From: an uncultured Sterolibacteriaceae bacterium
GTDB taxonomy: Bacteria > Pseudomonadota > Gammaproteobacteria > Burkholderiales > Rhodocyclaceae
Direction of reading: 5' to 3'
Length of the DNA: 64,000 nt
Assembly: GCA_937888595.1 (NCBI GenBank)
Contig: CALARK010000007.1
Location: 23,995 to 87,994, forward strand
Position 1 is the stretch's first letter; the number at the start of each line of letters is the position of its first letter. Position numbers and translations under genes: made by a program. The notes beneath the pieces were generated by a model, which was not told the origin of the DNA, searched no databases, and saw only the letters and a program-made list of their open reading frames with translations. Positions 50,045 through 58,318 of the stretch are shown here, in pieces.

Positions 50045-51504
50045 CCCACGGCGATCGGAACGAACAGGCGGCGTTCGCCGCGCTGCACCAGCAGGGCAAT
50101 GCGCTTGCCGTTGTCGAGCAGCCGGCGCAGTTGTTCGACCGAACCGAGCCTGACGCCATTGACGGACACGATCACGTCGCCCGGGCGAATGCCGCTGCGG
50201 GCTGCCGGTCCGTCTGCCACGTCCTCGACGACGAGCCCGCTGCCGCCCTCGATGGCCTTCTTCTCGTCGGGCGTCAGCGGACGCAGCGCGAGGCCGAGGC
50301 GGCCGCCTGCGCCGGGCGCGGCGTCTGCGGCCCTGGCGAGCGGCTGCTTGAGTTCGCCAACCGCGACAGCGAGATGCCTGCTTTCGCCCTTGCGCCAGAT
50401 TTCGAGATCGACCCGGTTGCCGGGGGCCGTGCCTGCGACGAGCGGCGGCAGGTCGCTGGAGCGTGCCAGCGGCTTGCCGTTGTAGCCGAGGATGATGTCG
50501 CCTTCGGCCAGCCCGGCCTTGGCTGCCGGACTGTCACCCTCGATGCTGGAGACCAGCGCACCGCGGGGCCGGTCCAGCCCGAAAGAGTCCGCCAGTGCCT
50601 GATCCACTTCCTGGACGCTGATGCCGAGGCGGCCGCGGCTGACCTTGCCGTGCGTCAGCAACTGATGCTCGACGTTCATCGCCACGTCGATCGGAATGGC
50701 GAAGGACAGGCCCTGATAGCCGCCCGAGCGCGAGTAGATCTGCGAATTGATGCCGATCACCTCGCCGCGCGTGTTGAGCAGCGGCCCGCCCGAATTGCCC
50801 GGGTTGATCGCGACATCGGTCTGGATGAAGGGCACGTAACCCTCGTCCGGCAAGGCGCGGGACTTGGCCGATACGATGCCGGCGGTGACGCTGTTCTCGA
50901 AACCGAATGGCGCCCCGATGGCGAGTACCCACTCGCCGACACGGGTGTCTTCGGTACGGCCGATACGGACGGTGGGCAGGTCGCGGGCATCGATGCGCAG
51001 CACCGCCACGTCGGTCTGCTTGTCGATGCCCACGACCTTGGCCTTGAATTCGCGCTTGTCGCTCAGTTTGACGGTCACTTCGTCGGCGTCGTCCACCACA
51101 TGGGCGTTGGTCAGCACCACGCCATCGCTGCTGACGATGAAGCCGGAACCCTGGCCGCGCGTCGGAACATTCTCGCTAGGGCCGGGCGGCATCGGGAAAC
51201 CGAAGCCGCGGAACAGGTCGTCGAAAGGCGTGCCGCCGGGGCCGGGCATGCCGGAAACCCTCGTTTTCGTCATTCCGGAAACGCTGATGTTGACGACCGC
51301 CGGCCCCTGGTCCGCGACGATCGCGCTGAAATCCGGCAGGCCTGTCGACGCTGCCGCTGCCGCCGGAAGCATCGACTGCGCCGGGGCTGTGGCGACGATG
51401 GGCGACGATGCCGCATGCGCGCCGGGAAACTTGAGTTCTTCGTTCAGCAGGTAGCCGCCGGAAAAGGCGGCCAGCAATGACAGCGTGACCATGCTGCGGC
51501 TCAT
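50041..51504 (-). CDS. DegP/DegQ/MucD-type periplasmic serine endoprotease (two PDZ domains)
   Basis: Signal peptide MSRSMVTLSLLAAFSGG. Catalytic TNAHVV, D and GNSGGPL. The track ORF extends to 51585, which is an alternative start. Confidence 0.85.
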   Translation of the reverse strand: MSRSMVTLSLLAAFSGGYLLNEELKFPGAHAASSPIVATAPAQSMLPAAAAASTGLPDFSAIVADQGPAVVNISVSGMTKTRVSGMPGPGGTPFDDLFRGFGFPMPPGPSENVPTRGQGSGFIVSSDGVVLTNAHVVDDADEVTVKLSDKREFKAKVVGIDKQTDVAVLRIDARDLPTVRIGRTEDTRVGEWVLAIGAPFGFENSVTAGIVSAKSRALPDEGYVPFIQTDVAINPGNSGGPLLNTRGEVIGINSQIYSRSGGYQGLSFAIPIDVAMNVEHQLLTHGKVSRGRLGISVQEVDQALADSFGLDRPRGALVSSIEGDSPAAKAGLAEGDIILGYNGKPLARSSDLPPLVAGTAPGNRVDLEIWRKGESRHLAVAVGELKQPLARAADAAPGAGGRLGLALRPLTPDEKKAIEGGSGLVVEDVADGPAARSGIRPGDVIVSVNGVRLGSVEQLRRLLDNGKRIALLVQRGERRLFVPIAVG

Positions 51505-51626
51505 CGCCGACGGCCGCGGACTGGCGATGCCGAGATGGCGGCGGGTATGATTGAGGAAGCTCTCTATCGTTCGGGCTGGAATCATGTCGCTATCCCCTTC
51601 ATCCGTTATTGTTGATATGAACGATG

Positions 51627-51653
51627 TGGGATCGCCGCCCGGGCACGAAGTTC
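51627..51653 (-). promoter_or_regulatory. Candidate sigma-E/AlgU-type promoter upstream of the DegP/MucD-like gene
   Basis: The minus strand reads GAACTT, 16 nt, TCCCA. Pattern resemblance only. Confidence 0.25.
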
Positions 51654-51690
51654 TTCGCTATTTGCAACAGAGTGTTTCAACCCGCCTGCC

Positions 51691-51714
51691 TCCGTCCCGC
51701 CGGGACCGACTTTA
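51691..51714 (-). repeat. 24-nt repeat copy m (directly upstream of the rlmI ATG)
   Basis: Reverse complement TAAAGTCGGTCCCGGCGGGACGGA, 4 mismatches, the same TCC variant as copy l. Ends 1 nt before the rlmI start codon. Confidence 0.7.
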
Positions 51715-51715
51715 G

Positions 51716-52906
51716 ATGACCGAACTGATCCTCCATCCCGGCAAGGAACGCTCGCTGTTCCGCCACCACCCATGGCTATTCGATACCGCCGTGGCGCGCC
51801 TCGCCGGCCATGCGCGGCCTGGCGACACCGTGATCGTCGTCGATGCCCACGGCAAGCCGCTGGCGAAGGCGGCGTATTCGCCGCGCTCGAAGATTCGCGC
51901 CCGCGTCTGGAGTTTCGATGTCGAGCAGTCCATCGATCATGCCTTTTTCAAGCGGCGTGTCGCTGCCGCCGTGGCTCGCCGCGCGGCCCTGCCGGAACTC
52001 GCGGGACAGCAGGGGCTGCGTCTGCTGCATGCCGAATCCGATGGCCTGCCCGGCGTGATCGCCGACCAGTATGGCGACACCGTGGTCGTCCAGCTCACCA
52101 GCGCCGGTGCCGACAAGTGGCGCGGTGCGATCGTCGATGGCTTGCACAAGGCGACCGGCTGCGCACGCATCTACGAGCGTTCCGATTCCGAGGTGCGCGG
52201 CCTCGAAGGGCTGGAACCGGCGACCGGCTGGTTGTTCGGTGAGGCGCCCGCCGGGGAAATCGTCATCGAGGAACACGGCGTCCGCATGGCCGTCGACATC
52301 GTCGCCGGCCACAAGACCGGCTTCTACCTCGATCAGCGCGAGAACCGGCGGATGCTGGCAGAACTGTCGCGCAACAAACGCGTGCTCAACTGCTTCTGCT
52401 ACACCGGTGGATTTTCATTGCAGGCGCTGGCAGGCGGGGCGAACAGCGCGCTCTCCATCGACAGCTCGCAGCCCGCGCTCGACCGTGCGGCGGCCAACCT
52501 CGCGCTCAATCCGCACCTCGCCGCGGCACCGGCGGAGTGGCGCTGCGCCAACGTCTTCGACGAACTGCGCAAGCTCAAGGCCGCCGGTGCAAGCTTCGAC
52601 CTGATCGTGCTCGACCCACCCAAGTTCGCGCCCTCGGCCAGCCATGCCGAGCGGGCCAGCCGCGCCTACAAGGACATCAACCTGCTCGGCTTCAAGCTGC
52701 TCGCACCGGGCGGGTTGCTGATGACCTACTCCTGCTCCGGCGGGATCGGCGTCGAACTGTTCCAGAAGATCGTCGCTGGCGCGGCGCTCGATGCCGGCCG
52801 GGATGCGCGCATCATCCGGCGCCTGCAGGGCGCCACCGATCATCCGGTTGACTTGGCGTTCCCGGAAGGGGAATATTTGAAAGGCCTGCTGGTGCAGGCG
52901 GATTGA
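51716..52906 (+). CDS. rlmI: 23S rRNA (cytosine1962-C5)-methyltransferase RlmI
   Basis: 396 aa, colinear from residue 1 with the E. coli RlmI pattern (GKERSLFRHHPWLF..., GHKTGFYLDQREN, VLNCFCYTGGF, DPPKF). Confidence 0.9.
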   Translation: MTELILHPGKERSLFRHHPWLFDTAVARLAGHARPGDTVIVVDAHGKPLAKAAYSPRSKIRARVWSFDVEQSIDHAFFKRRVAAAVARRAALPELAGQQGLRLLHAESDGLPGVIADQYGDTVVVQLTSAGADKWRGAIVDGLHKATGCARIYERSDSEVRGLEGLEPATGWLFGEAPAGEIVIEEHGVRMAVDIVAGHKTGFYLDQRENRRMLAELSRNKRVLNCFCYTGGFSLQALAGGANSALSIDSSQPALDRAAANLALNPHLAAAPAEWRCANVFDELRKLKAAGASFDLIVLDPPKFAPSASHAERASRAYKDINLLGFKLLAPGGLLMTYSCSGGIGVELFQKIVAGAALDAGRDARIIRRLQGATDHPVDLAFPEGEYLKGLLVQAD

Positions 52907-52921
52907 AATGGGACGATCACG

Positions 52922-53290
52922 ATGTCGCACACGATAACTTGGGAGGGGCGCGGGTTCTACAAGCGCTTCACCGGTCGGGTCGCATTTCCCGAATATGCCC
53001 GCAGCCAGGAAGAGATCACCGGCGATCCGCGCTTCGATGAGGCCATGTACATCATCAACGACCTGCGTGAGGTCGAAGGCTATACGGCCTCGCAGGACGA
53101 TGCGGAGTACGCCGCGGCCTACACGCGCGGGCCGAGCCTGTCCAATTCGCGGGTACGCATCGCCTACGTCACCACCGATGCGCGGATCATCCTGCTGATC
53201 CGGATGGCCAGGATGATTTCCTCCCTCGACCTCGGCACATTCGCGACGCTCGAGGCGGCGCGTGAGTGGGGGCTCGCTGTGCGGCGCTGA
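52922..53290 (+). CDS. Hypothetical protein (122 aa)
   Basis: Clean ORF. No family recognised. Confidence 0.45.
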   Translation: MSHTITWEGRGFYKRFTGRVAFPEYARSQEEITGDPRFDEAMYIINDLREVEGYTASQDDAEYAAAYTRGPSLSNSRVRIAYVTTDARIILLIRMARMISSLDLGTFATLEAAREWGLAVRR

Positions 53291-53292
53291 GC

Positions 53293-53316
53293 GCCGTCCC
53301 GCCGGCGCCGACTTTT
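53293..53316 (-). repeat. 24-nt repeat copy n (intergenic, convergent stops)
   Basis: The reverse complement matches the consensus perfectly. It occupies 24 of the 26 nt between the stops at 53290 and 53317. Confidence 0.9.
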
Positions 53317-53712
53317 TCAGTTCGCGATCTCGCCATCCACGTAGAGCCAGCGCCCGGCTTCGCGCACGAAGCGACTGGTTTCGTGCAGCCGGAAGGCGCG
53401 GCCGTTAATCTTGTAGCGGGCGACGAATTCGACGATGGCGTGATCGGCATCCTGCACCTCGTAGCGTTTCACCGCCAGGCCGATCCATTGCGGCCGGGGT
53501 CCCTCGTCCAGCGTCAGTGCCGCGGGTCGGGTGCTGGCATGCCAGGTCGCCAGAAGGTACGATTCCTGTGCCAGCAGGTAGGCGACATAGCGCGAACGCA
53601 TCAGCGCCTCGGCCGTCGGGGCGACGCTGCGACCCGCGAGGAAAGGGCCGCAGCACGTCCCGAAAGGCTGGCCGCTGCCGCAGGCACAAGGCGCGGCCGC
53701 CGCGTGACTCAT
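53317..53712 (-). CDS. ychJ: YchJ family protein (SEC-C motif, UPF0225)
   Basis: 131 aa. N-terminal CACGSGQPFGTCCGPFL SEC-C metal-binding motif. Confidence 0.8.
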   Translation of the reverse strand: MSHAAAAPCACGSGQPFGTCCGPFLAGRSVAPTAEALMRSRYVAYLLAQESYLLATWHASTRPAALTLDEGPRPQWIGLAVKRYEVQDADHAIVEFVARYKINGRAFRLHETSRFVREAGRWLYVDGEIAN

Positions 53713-53719
53713 CTGCGCC

Positions 53720-54244
53720 TCACTTTCGTCCGGGTTCCTCGTAGGGCGCGACCTTGTCGACCGCCAGCCGGTAGCCGGCCACGCCCCAGTTCGTCTCGCC
53801 GCGCTGCACGGTCAGCGTCCCCCAGGTCCAGATCGGCACCATCATCCTTACTCCATCGAGCGGCCTGGGCGATTTGGCATGGATGATCTGGTTGGCCGGC
53901 GGCGGCGGTGTATGGATGCAGGCACCGAAATACGGCACGATGAGAAATTCCGTCACCTTGCCGCCCTGCCGCTCCAGCGGCAGGGCGAAGCCGGCGATGC
54001 GGATCTTCCTTCCGTTCAGGGCATGTTCTGCCGGGGCGTTGTCCCATTCGCGCTTGAGCCTGTCGAGCACCTCCATCGCACGCGGGTCGGCGTCGTCCAG
54101 TTTCGAAAGGTCGAGCGCCTTGAATTCGCGGGCCGGGTCCCAGCCCTTCGGCACCATCTGCTCCCACTTGAGTTCAGGCCACGGTTCGGCGGCGTGCAGG
54201 GACGGTGCGGCCAGCAGCGCCGCCAGCAGTAACAGCAATCGCAT
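53720..54244 (-). CDS. DUF3299 periplasmic protein (ZrgD-like)
   Basis: Signal peptide MRLLLLLAALLAAPSLHA and the block FLIVPYFGACIHTPPPPANQII. Last gene of the ABC operon. Confidence 0.6.
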   Translation of the reverse strand: MRLLLLLAALLAAPSLHAAEPWPELKWEQMVPKGWDPAREFKALDLSKLDDADPRAMEVLDRLKREWDNAPAEHALNGRKIRIAGFALPLERQGGKVTEFLIVPYFGACIHTPPPPANQIIHAKSPRPLDGVRMMVPIWTWGTLTVQRGETNWGVAGYRLAVDKVAPYEEPGRK

Positions 54245-54246
54245 TT

Positions 54247-55515
54247 TCAGTTCCTCGGGGTCAGGCCGTCGGCCAGCGCCATGCGCCAGGCACGCCAGCC
54301 GGGGATCAGTCCGGCCGCGAGGCCGGTGGCGAGTATAGACGCGAGGATCGTCCATTCGTTCCCGCCGGGCAGGCCGGGGGACAGATGGATGCCGAATTCG
54401 CGCGCCAGCGGCGCCGCCAGCACGCTGGCACCCGCCAGCAGCACGATGCCGAGTATCACGCCGAGCGCGGTCACCAGGAGCGCCTCGCCGGCCAGCATGA
54501 AAAACAGGTCGCCCGGCGAGGCGCCGAGGCTGCGCAGGATCGCCAGTTCGCGCCGCCGCTGGTCGAGGGCGGCGAGCAGGGTCGCCGCGAGTCCGGCGAG
54601 CCCGACCGCCACGACCAGCGCGGACAGGACGAACAGGGTGCTTTCGATCGCCGCGAGCGTCTGCCACAGCTCGTCCAGCGCTACGCCCGGCATGACCGCC
54701 ATCAGGGCCTCGCCGCGATAGGCGTTGATCTGCCGCTGTACGCGGAAGACGTCGGCGCGATTCTTCAGCCCGATCAGCGCGGCAGTGATTTCCTGCGGCG
54801 CGAGCTCGAACTTGCGCACCTGTTCGGCCGGGATGGCCAGGCCCGGCAACGGCGCGCCGCCGGCCCAGTCGAGGTGGAGCGCCGTGATGGCCTCGGGGCT
54901 GACATGGACGGTGCGATCGACCGGCGTTCCTGTCGGCGCGAGGATGCCGACGATGGCGAAGGGCTTGTCCTCGTGTCCGGGGCCCGCCGCCGCCATGCCA
55001 TGCGTCAGCGTGATGCGGTCGCCGCTGCGGTAGCCGAGCGTTCGCGCGACTTCGCTGCCGAGGACGGCTTCGAACACCCCCGCGATGCCGCCGGCGAAAG
55101 GGCGACCAGTGGCGAAGGCGAGCGGGCGGGCGTCGGCATAGCGGAAGCGCTCGAAATAGGCGGGCGTCGTGCCGAGCACGGGGTGGCCGCGGTGGCTGTC
55201 GCCGAGAATCAACGGTACGGCCCAGTCGATGGCCGGGTTCGTGACGATGGCGTCGAAGCTGTCCATGCGCAGGTTGTGCGTCGCACTGCCCGAGCGGAAG
55301 ACGGCGTAGAGCATCAACTGCACCCCGCTGCTGCGCGCGCCGACGACGAGGTCGACCCCGGAGACCGATTGCGTGAAGCTCTGCCGTGCATCGTGGCGTA
55401 CGCGTTCGACGGCCAGCAGCAGGGCGGACGCGATGGCAATGGCCACGAGGACGATGCCGAGCGTGAGCCGGCGCGCCCAGGCACTCTTCAGCGCGAGCGA
55501 CAGCACGGCCTTCAT
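54247..55515 (-). CDS. FtsX-like ABC transporter permease (ZrgC-like)
   Basis: 422 aa with the MacB/FtsX topology: an N-terminal TM helix, a large periplasmic domain and a C-terminal 3-TM bundle. Confidence 0.8.
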   Translation of the reverse strand: MKAVLSLALKSAWARRLTLGIVLVAIAIASALLLAVERVRHDARQSFTQSVSGVDLVVGARSSGVQLMLYAVFRSGSATHNLRMDSFDAIVTNPAIDWAVPLILGDSHRGHPVLGTTPAYFERFRYADARPLAFATGRPFAGGIAGVFEAVLGSEVARTLGYRSGDRITLTHGMAAAGPGHEDKPFAIVGILAPTGTPVDRTVHVSPEAITALHLDWAGGAPLPGLAIPAEQVRKFELAPQEITAALIGLKNRADVFRVQRQINAYRGEALMAVMPGVALDELWQTLAAIESTLFVLSALVVAVGLAGLAATLLAALDQRRRELAILRSLGASPGDLFFMLAGEALLVTALGVILGIVLLAGASVLAAPLAREFGIHLSPGLPGGNEWTILASILATGLAAGLIPGWRAWRMALADGLTPRN

Positions 55516-56207
55516 GCCCCGGCCTCCGCTGCGGCCCGATTGATGTCGGCCAGCGCGACGATGCGGTCGAAGTGCGCGGCCAGCCGCACATCGTGGCTGA
55601 CGAACAGCAGGGCGGCCCCCGCCGCCGCAGCTTCCGCCAGCAGCAGGTCGATGAAGGCCTGCTGGCGCGGTGCATCGAGCGCCGAAGTCGGCTCGTCGGC
55701 GATCAGGATCTCGGGCCGGCCGATCAGCGCACGCGCGGCGGCAACGCGTTGCTGCTGTCCCACCGACAGCTCAGCGGCCGGCTGGCGCCACAGGGGCGGC
55801 GCGAGGTCGAGGTGCGTCAGCAGGCGTTCCGCCGCCGCTTGCGGGTTGCCGCTGCGTTGCCGGCGTCGTGTCGAGAAGGTCGTGGGCAGGAGCACGTTGT
55901 CCCGGGCGGACAACCACGGCAGCAGGTTGAACTGCTGGAAGACGAAGCCGATATGGTCGGCGCGGAAGGCATCGCGCGCACGCGCGGAAAGGGCGACGAG
56001 GTTCTGCCCGAGCAGTTCGATACGTCCCTGTTCGGGGAGGACTACGCCGCCGAGCACGCCGAGCAGGGTGCTTTTGCCGCTGCCCGAGGGGCCGTGGAGG
56101 AAGACGCGTTCGCCGGCCGCGATCGCGAAGTGCGGGATGTCGAGGCAGGGCGCGGGCTGTCCGCGCCAGCGGTAGCGCAGATCGGTGATGGTGATCGCCG
56201 CCGCCAT
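55512..56207 (-). CDS. ABC transporter ATP-binding protein (ZrgB-like)
   Basis: Start at MAAAITITDLRYRW (ATG 56207). GPSGSGKSTL, LSVGQQQRVAAARAL and ILIADEPTSALD. Confidence 0.9.
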   Translation of the reverse strand: MAAAITITDLRYRWRGQPAPCLDIPHFAIAAGERVFLHGPSGSGKSTLLGVLGGVVLPEQGRIELLGQNLVALSARARDAFRADHIGFVFQQFNLLPWLSARDNVLLPTTFSTRRRQRSGNPQAAAERLLTHLDLAPPLWRQPAAELSVGQQQRVAAARALIGRPEILIADEPTSALDAPRQQAFIDLLLAEAAAAGAALLFVSHDVRLAAHFDRIVALADINRAAAEAGA

Positions 56208-56209
56208 GA

Positions 56210-56701
56210 TTACCAGCGGAGAACCGGCTTGTTCGGCGTCAGCCGCTGTGCGCCCTGGCCGCCGGGGCCGACACGCCGCGCATCGAGGCGATAGAGGCGC
56301 TTCATCGACTGGAACAGCGTCGTCTCGACCGAATTCAGTGCCGCCGGGACGGTGCAGCGGAAGGTATGGGCCGCCTCGATGTCGGCGTGGCCGCCGCTGC
56401 CATCGAAGGTCGGCATGCCGACCTGGACCGATTGCAGCGCGCATTGCGCGGCGGCGGCAGGACGGAACAGTGCCGGATCGTTGAGGATCTTCTCGGCGGC
56501 GGCCAGGGCGGCCCGCTCCTTGTCGTTCTTCGGCGCGCGCTCGAAGCCGACGGCGGCATCGAGCGGCAGCTCGAGATTGAGCGTCAGCGTGTCCTGGTCG
56601 AGGGCGGCATCGAGTCGTCCTTCGCCATGCACATGACGGTGCTGGGCGAGGGTGGCGGTCGCGGCGGAAAGCAGGAAGGCGAACAGCAACGGGCGTTTCA
56701 C
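56210..56701 (-). CDS. DUF2796 periplasmic metal-binding protein (ZrgA-like)
   Basis: GTG start at 56701. Signal peptide, then HRHVHGEGRLDAALDQDTLTLNLELPLDAAVGFERAP. First gene of the ABC set. Confidence 0.55.
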   Translation of the reverse strand: MKRPLLFAFLLSAATATLAQHRHVHGEGRLDAALDQDTLTLNLELPLDAAVGFERAPKNDKERAALAAAEKILNDPALFRPAAAAQCALQSVQVGMPTFDGSGGHADIEAAHTFRCTVPAALNSVETTLFQSMKRLYRLDARRVGPGGQGAQRLTPNKPVLRW

Positions 56702-56718
56702 GGCGAAGGCTCCGAAGG

Positions 56719-57528
56719 TCAGTGGGCGTGTGCGCTGCCGAACACCACCAGTGCAATGCCGGCGGCGAGCAGCAGGCCGTGCCAGCCGATGGATTGCTGC
56801 TCGCGTTTGAGGCGCGGCATCAGGTCGGCGACGGCGATGTAGAGGAAGCTGGCGGCGGCGAGGGTGAGGATGTGCGGCACCCACTCCTGCGCACGCTCGA
56901 GGGCGAAGTAGCCGGTCATGCCGCCGGCCAGCGCGGCGAGGCTCGATACGCCATTCCAGAACAGCGCCCGGCCGCGCTGCCAGCCGGCCGCGAGGAGAAT
57001 GGCGAAGTCGCCCGCCTCCTGCGGCACCTCGTGGGCGATGATGGCCAGCGTCGCCGCCCAGCCCAGCGTCGGGTCGGCGAGAAAGGCGGCGGCGATCAGC
57101 AGGCCGTCGGTGAAGTTGTGGAAGCCGTCGCCGACCAGGATCGACACCGCCTCGCCGCCATGGCCGCCATGCCCGCTGTGCATGTGGTGGTGGCTGTGGG
57201 TGTGGTCTTCGCAATCGTGTTCGTCGGGGTGGGTGTCCGGGTTGCCGTGCGCATGGCGCCACAGGGCAAATTTTTCCAGTGCGAAGAAGCCGAGGATGCC
57301 GGCCAGCAGCAGCGGGAAAACCTCGTGCGGCGTGAGTCCCGATTCGAGTGCCTCGGGCAGCAGGTGCAGCGTCGCCGTGGCGAGCAGCAGGCCGGTGGAA
57401 AAGCTGACCGTGAAGCCGAGCCACTTGCGGGGCAGGCCGAACATCACCAGCGCGGCGGCGGCCACCGACAGCAGGCCGCCGGCGATGCAGGCGAGCGCGA
57501 TCTGGGCGAGCAGGGGCAGGGAGGACAT
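56719..57528 (-). CDS. ZIP family divalent metal (zinc) transporter
   Basis: Start at MSSLPLLAQIALAC (ATG 57528). His-rich loop HPDEHDCEDHTHSHHHMHSGHGGHGGE and conserved HNFTDG / HEVPQEAGDF motifs. Confidence 0.85.
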   Translation of the reverse strand: MSSLPLLAQIALACIAGGLLSVAAAALVMFGLPRKWLGFTVSFSTGLLLATATLHLLPEALESGLTPHEVFPLLLAGILGFFALEKFALWRHAHGNPDTHPDEHDCEDHTHSHHHMHSGHGGHGGEAVSILVGDGFHNFTDGLLIAAAFLADPTLGWAATLAIIAHEVPQEAGDFAILLAAGWQRGRALFWNGVSSLAALAGGMTGYFALERAQEWVPHILTLAAASFLYIAVADLMPRLKREQQSIGWHGLLLAAGIALVVFGSAHAH

Positions 57529-57552
57529 GGGACGGGATTGGAACACAACCGG

Positions 57553-57578
57553 GTTGCAAATGCAATCGTGTTGCAAAA
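57553..57578. promoter_or_regulatory. Candidate Zur operator in the divergent ZIP / zur promoter region
   Basis: GTTGCAAATGCAATCGTGTTGCAAAA: two copies of the palindromic hexamer TTGCAA 17 nt apart, plus a central TGCAAT. Position and symmetry only; not matched to a known Zur box. Confidence 0.35.
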
Positions 57579-57605
57579 CCTGCGGCCGTGTGCTTTCATT
57601 GGCGC

Positions 57606-58016
57606 ATGTCCGCGACTGCCGACCTTCTGCGAGCCGCCGGCGTCAGGGTGACGCCCGGCCGCGTGCGCGTGCTCGAGGCGCTCGCGGCGGCGGCCCAGCC
57701 CCTGAGCCATGCCGATCTTGAATCCCTGCTGCCCGACGCGGACCGCGTCACGCTCTATCGCGTGCTCGATTCGCTGGTCGCCTGCGGGCTGGCGCTGAAG
57801 GCGGTCGATGCGCGCGGCGTGTTCCGCTTCTCCGCCAGCGGCGCCCAGCGCGAGCATGGCGGCCATGTCCATTTCCGCTGCACCGGTTGCGGCGGCGTGT
57901 TCTGCCTCAAGGCCGCCCCGCCGCCCCCGCCCAAGCTGCCGCGCGGCTTCCGCCTCGCCGAGGTCGATTACGACGTGCGCGGCACCTGTGCGCAGTGCGC
58001 ACGGCATACCCCGTGA
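57606..58016 (+). CDS. zur: Fur family transcriptional regulator, Zur by context
   Basis: 136 aa. Winged helix (TPGRVRVLEAL...DRVTLYRVLDSL), HGGHVHFRC and two CxxC pairs (CTGCGG, CAQC). Confidence 0.75.
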   Translation: MSATADLLRAAGVRVTPGRVRVLEALAAAAQPLSHADLESLLPDADRVTLYRVLDSLVACGLALKAVDARGVFRFSASGAQREHGGHVHFRCTGCGGVFCLKAAPPPPPKLPRGFRLAEVDYDVRGTCAQCARHTP

Positions 58017-58285
58017 AACGCCTGCTGCTGCTCTGCGTCGCGCTGGTCCTGGCACAGGCCGCTCTTGCCGGGCACGGCATCGAGCACGCCTTTCAAGACC
58101 ACGCAGAGTCCTGCGTCGAGTGCCTGTCCTTGCCGGGGATGCAGGCCCTGCCGGCGCTTCCGCCGCACCTGCCCCCGCCCGCCACGGCGCCCACGCCCGC
58201 CGTCGTCGCCGTCCCGCCGGCGCCGACTTTTGCGCTGCATCCGGCGTTCCGGAGCCGCGCTCCACCCGCGATCCAAAGCTGCTGA
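58013..58285 (+). CDS. Small exported His/Cys protein (DUF2946-like)
   Basis: The GTG start overlaps the zur stop (GTGA). Signal peptide VKRLLLLCVALVLAQAALA, then HGIEHAFQDHAESCVECLSLPG. The C-terminal half contains one repeat copy. Confidence 0.4.
   Translation: MKRLLLLCVALVLAQAALAGHGIEHAFQDHAESCVECLSLPGMQALPALPPHLPPPATAPTPAVVAVPPAPTFALHPAFRSRAPPAIQSC
58208..58231 (-). repeat. 24-nt repeat copy o (inside the small DUF2946-like ORF)
   Basis: The reverse complement matches the consensus perfectly. Read as AVPPAPTF. Confidence 0.9.
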
Positions 58286-58318
58286 ATCTTTCCCTTTCAA
58301 CTGCTTTGGAGCATCGAG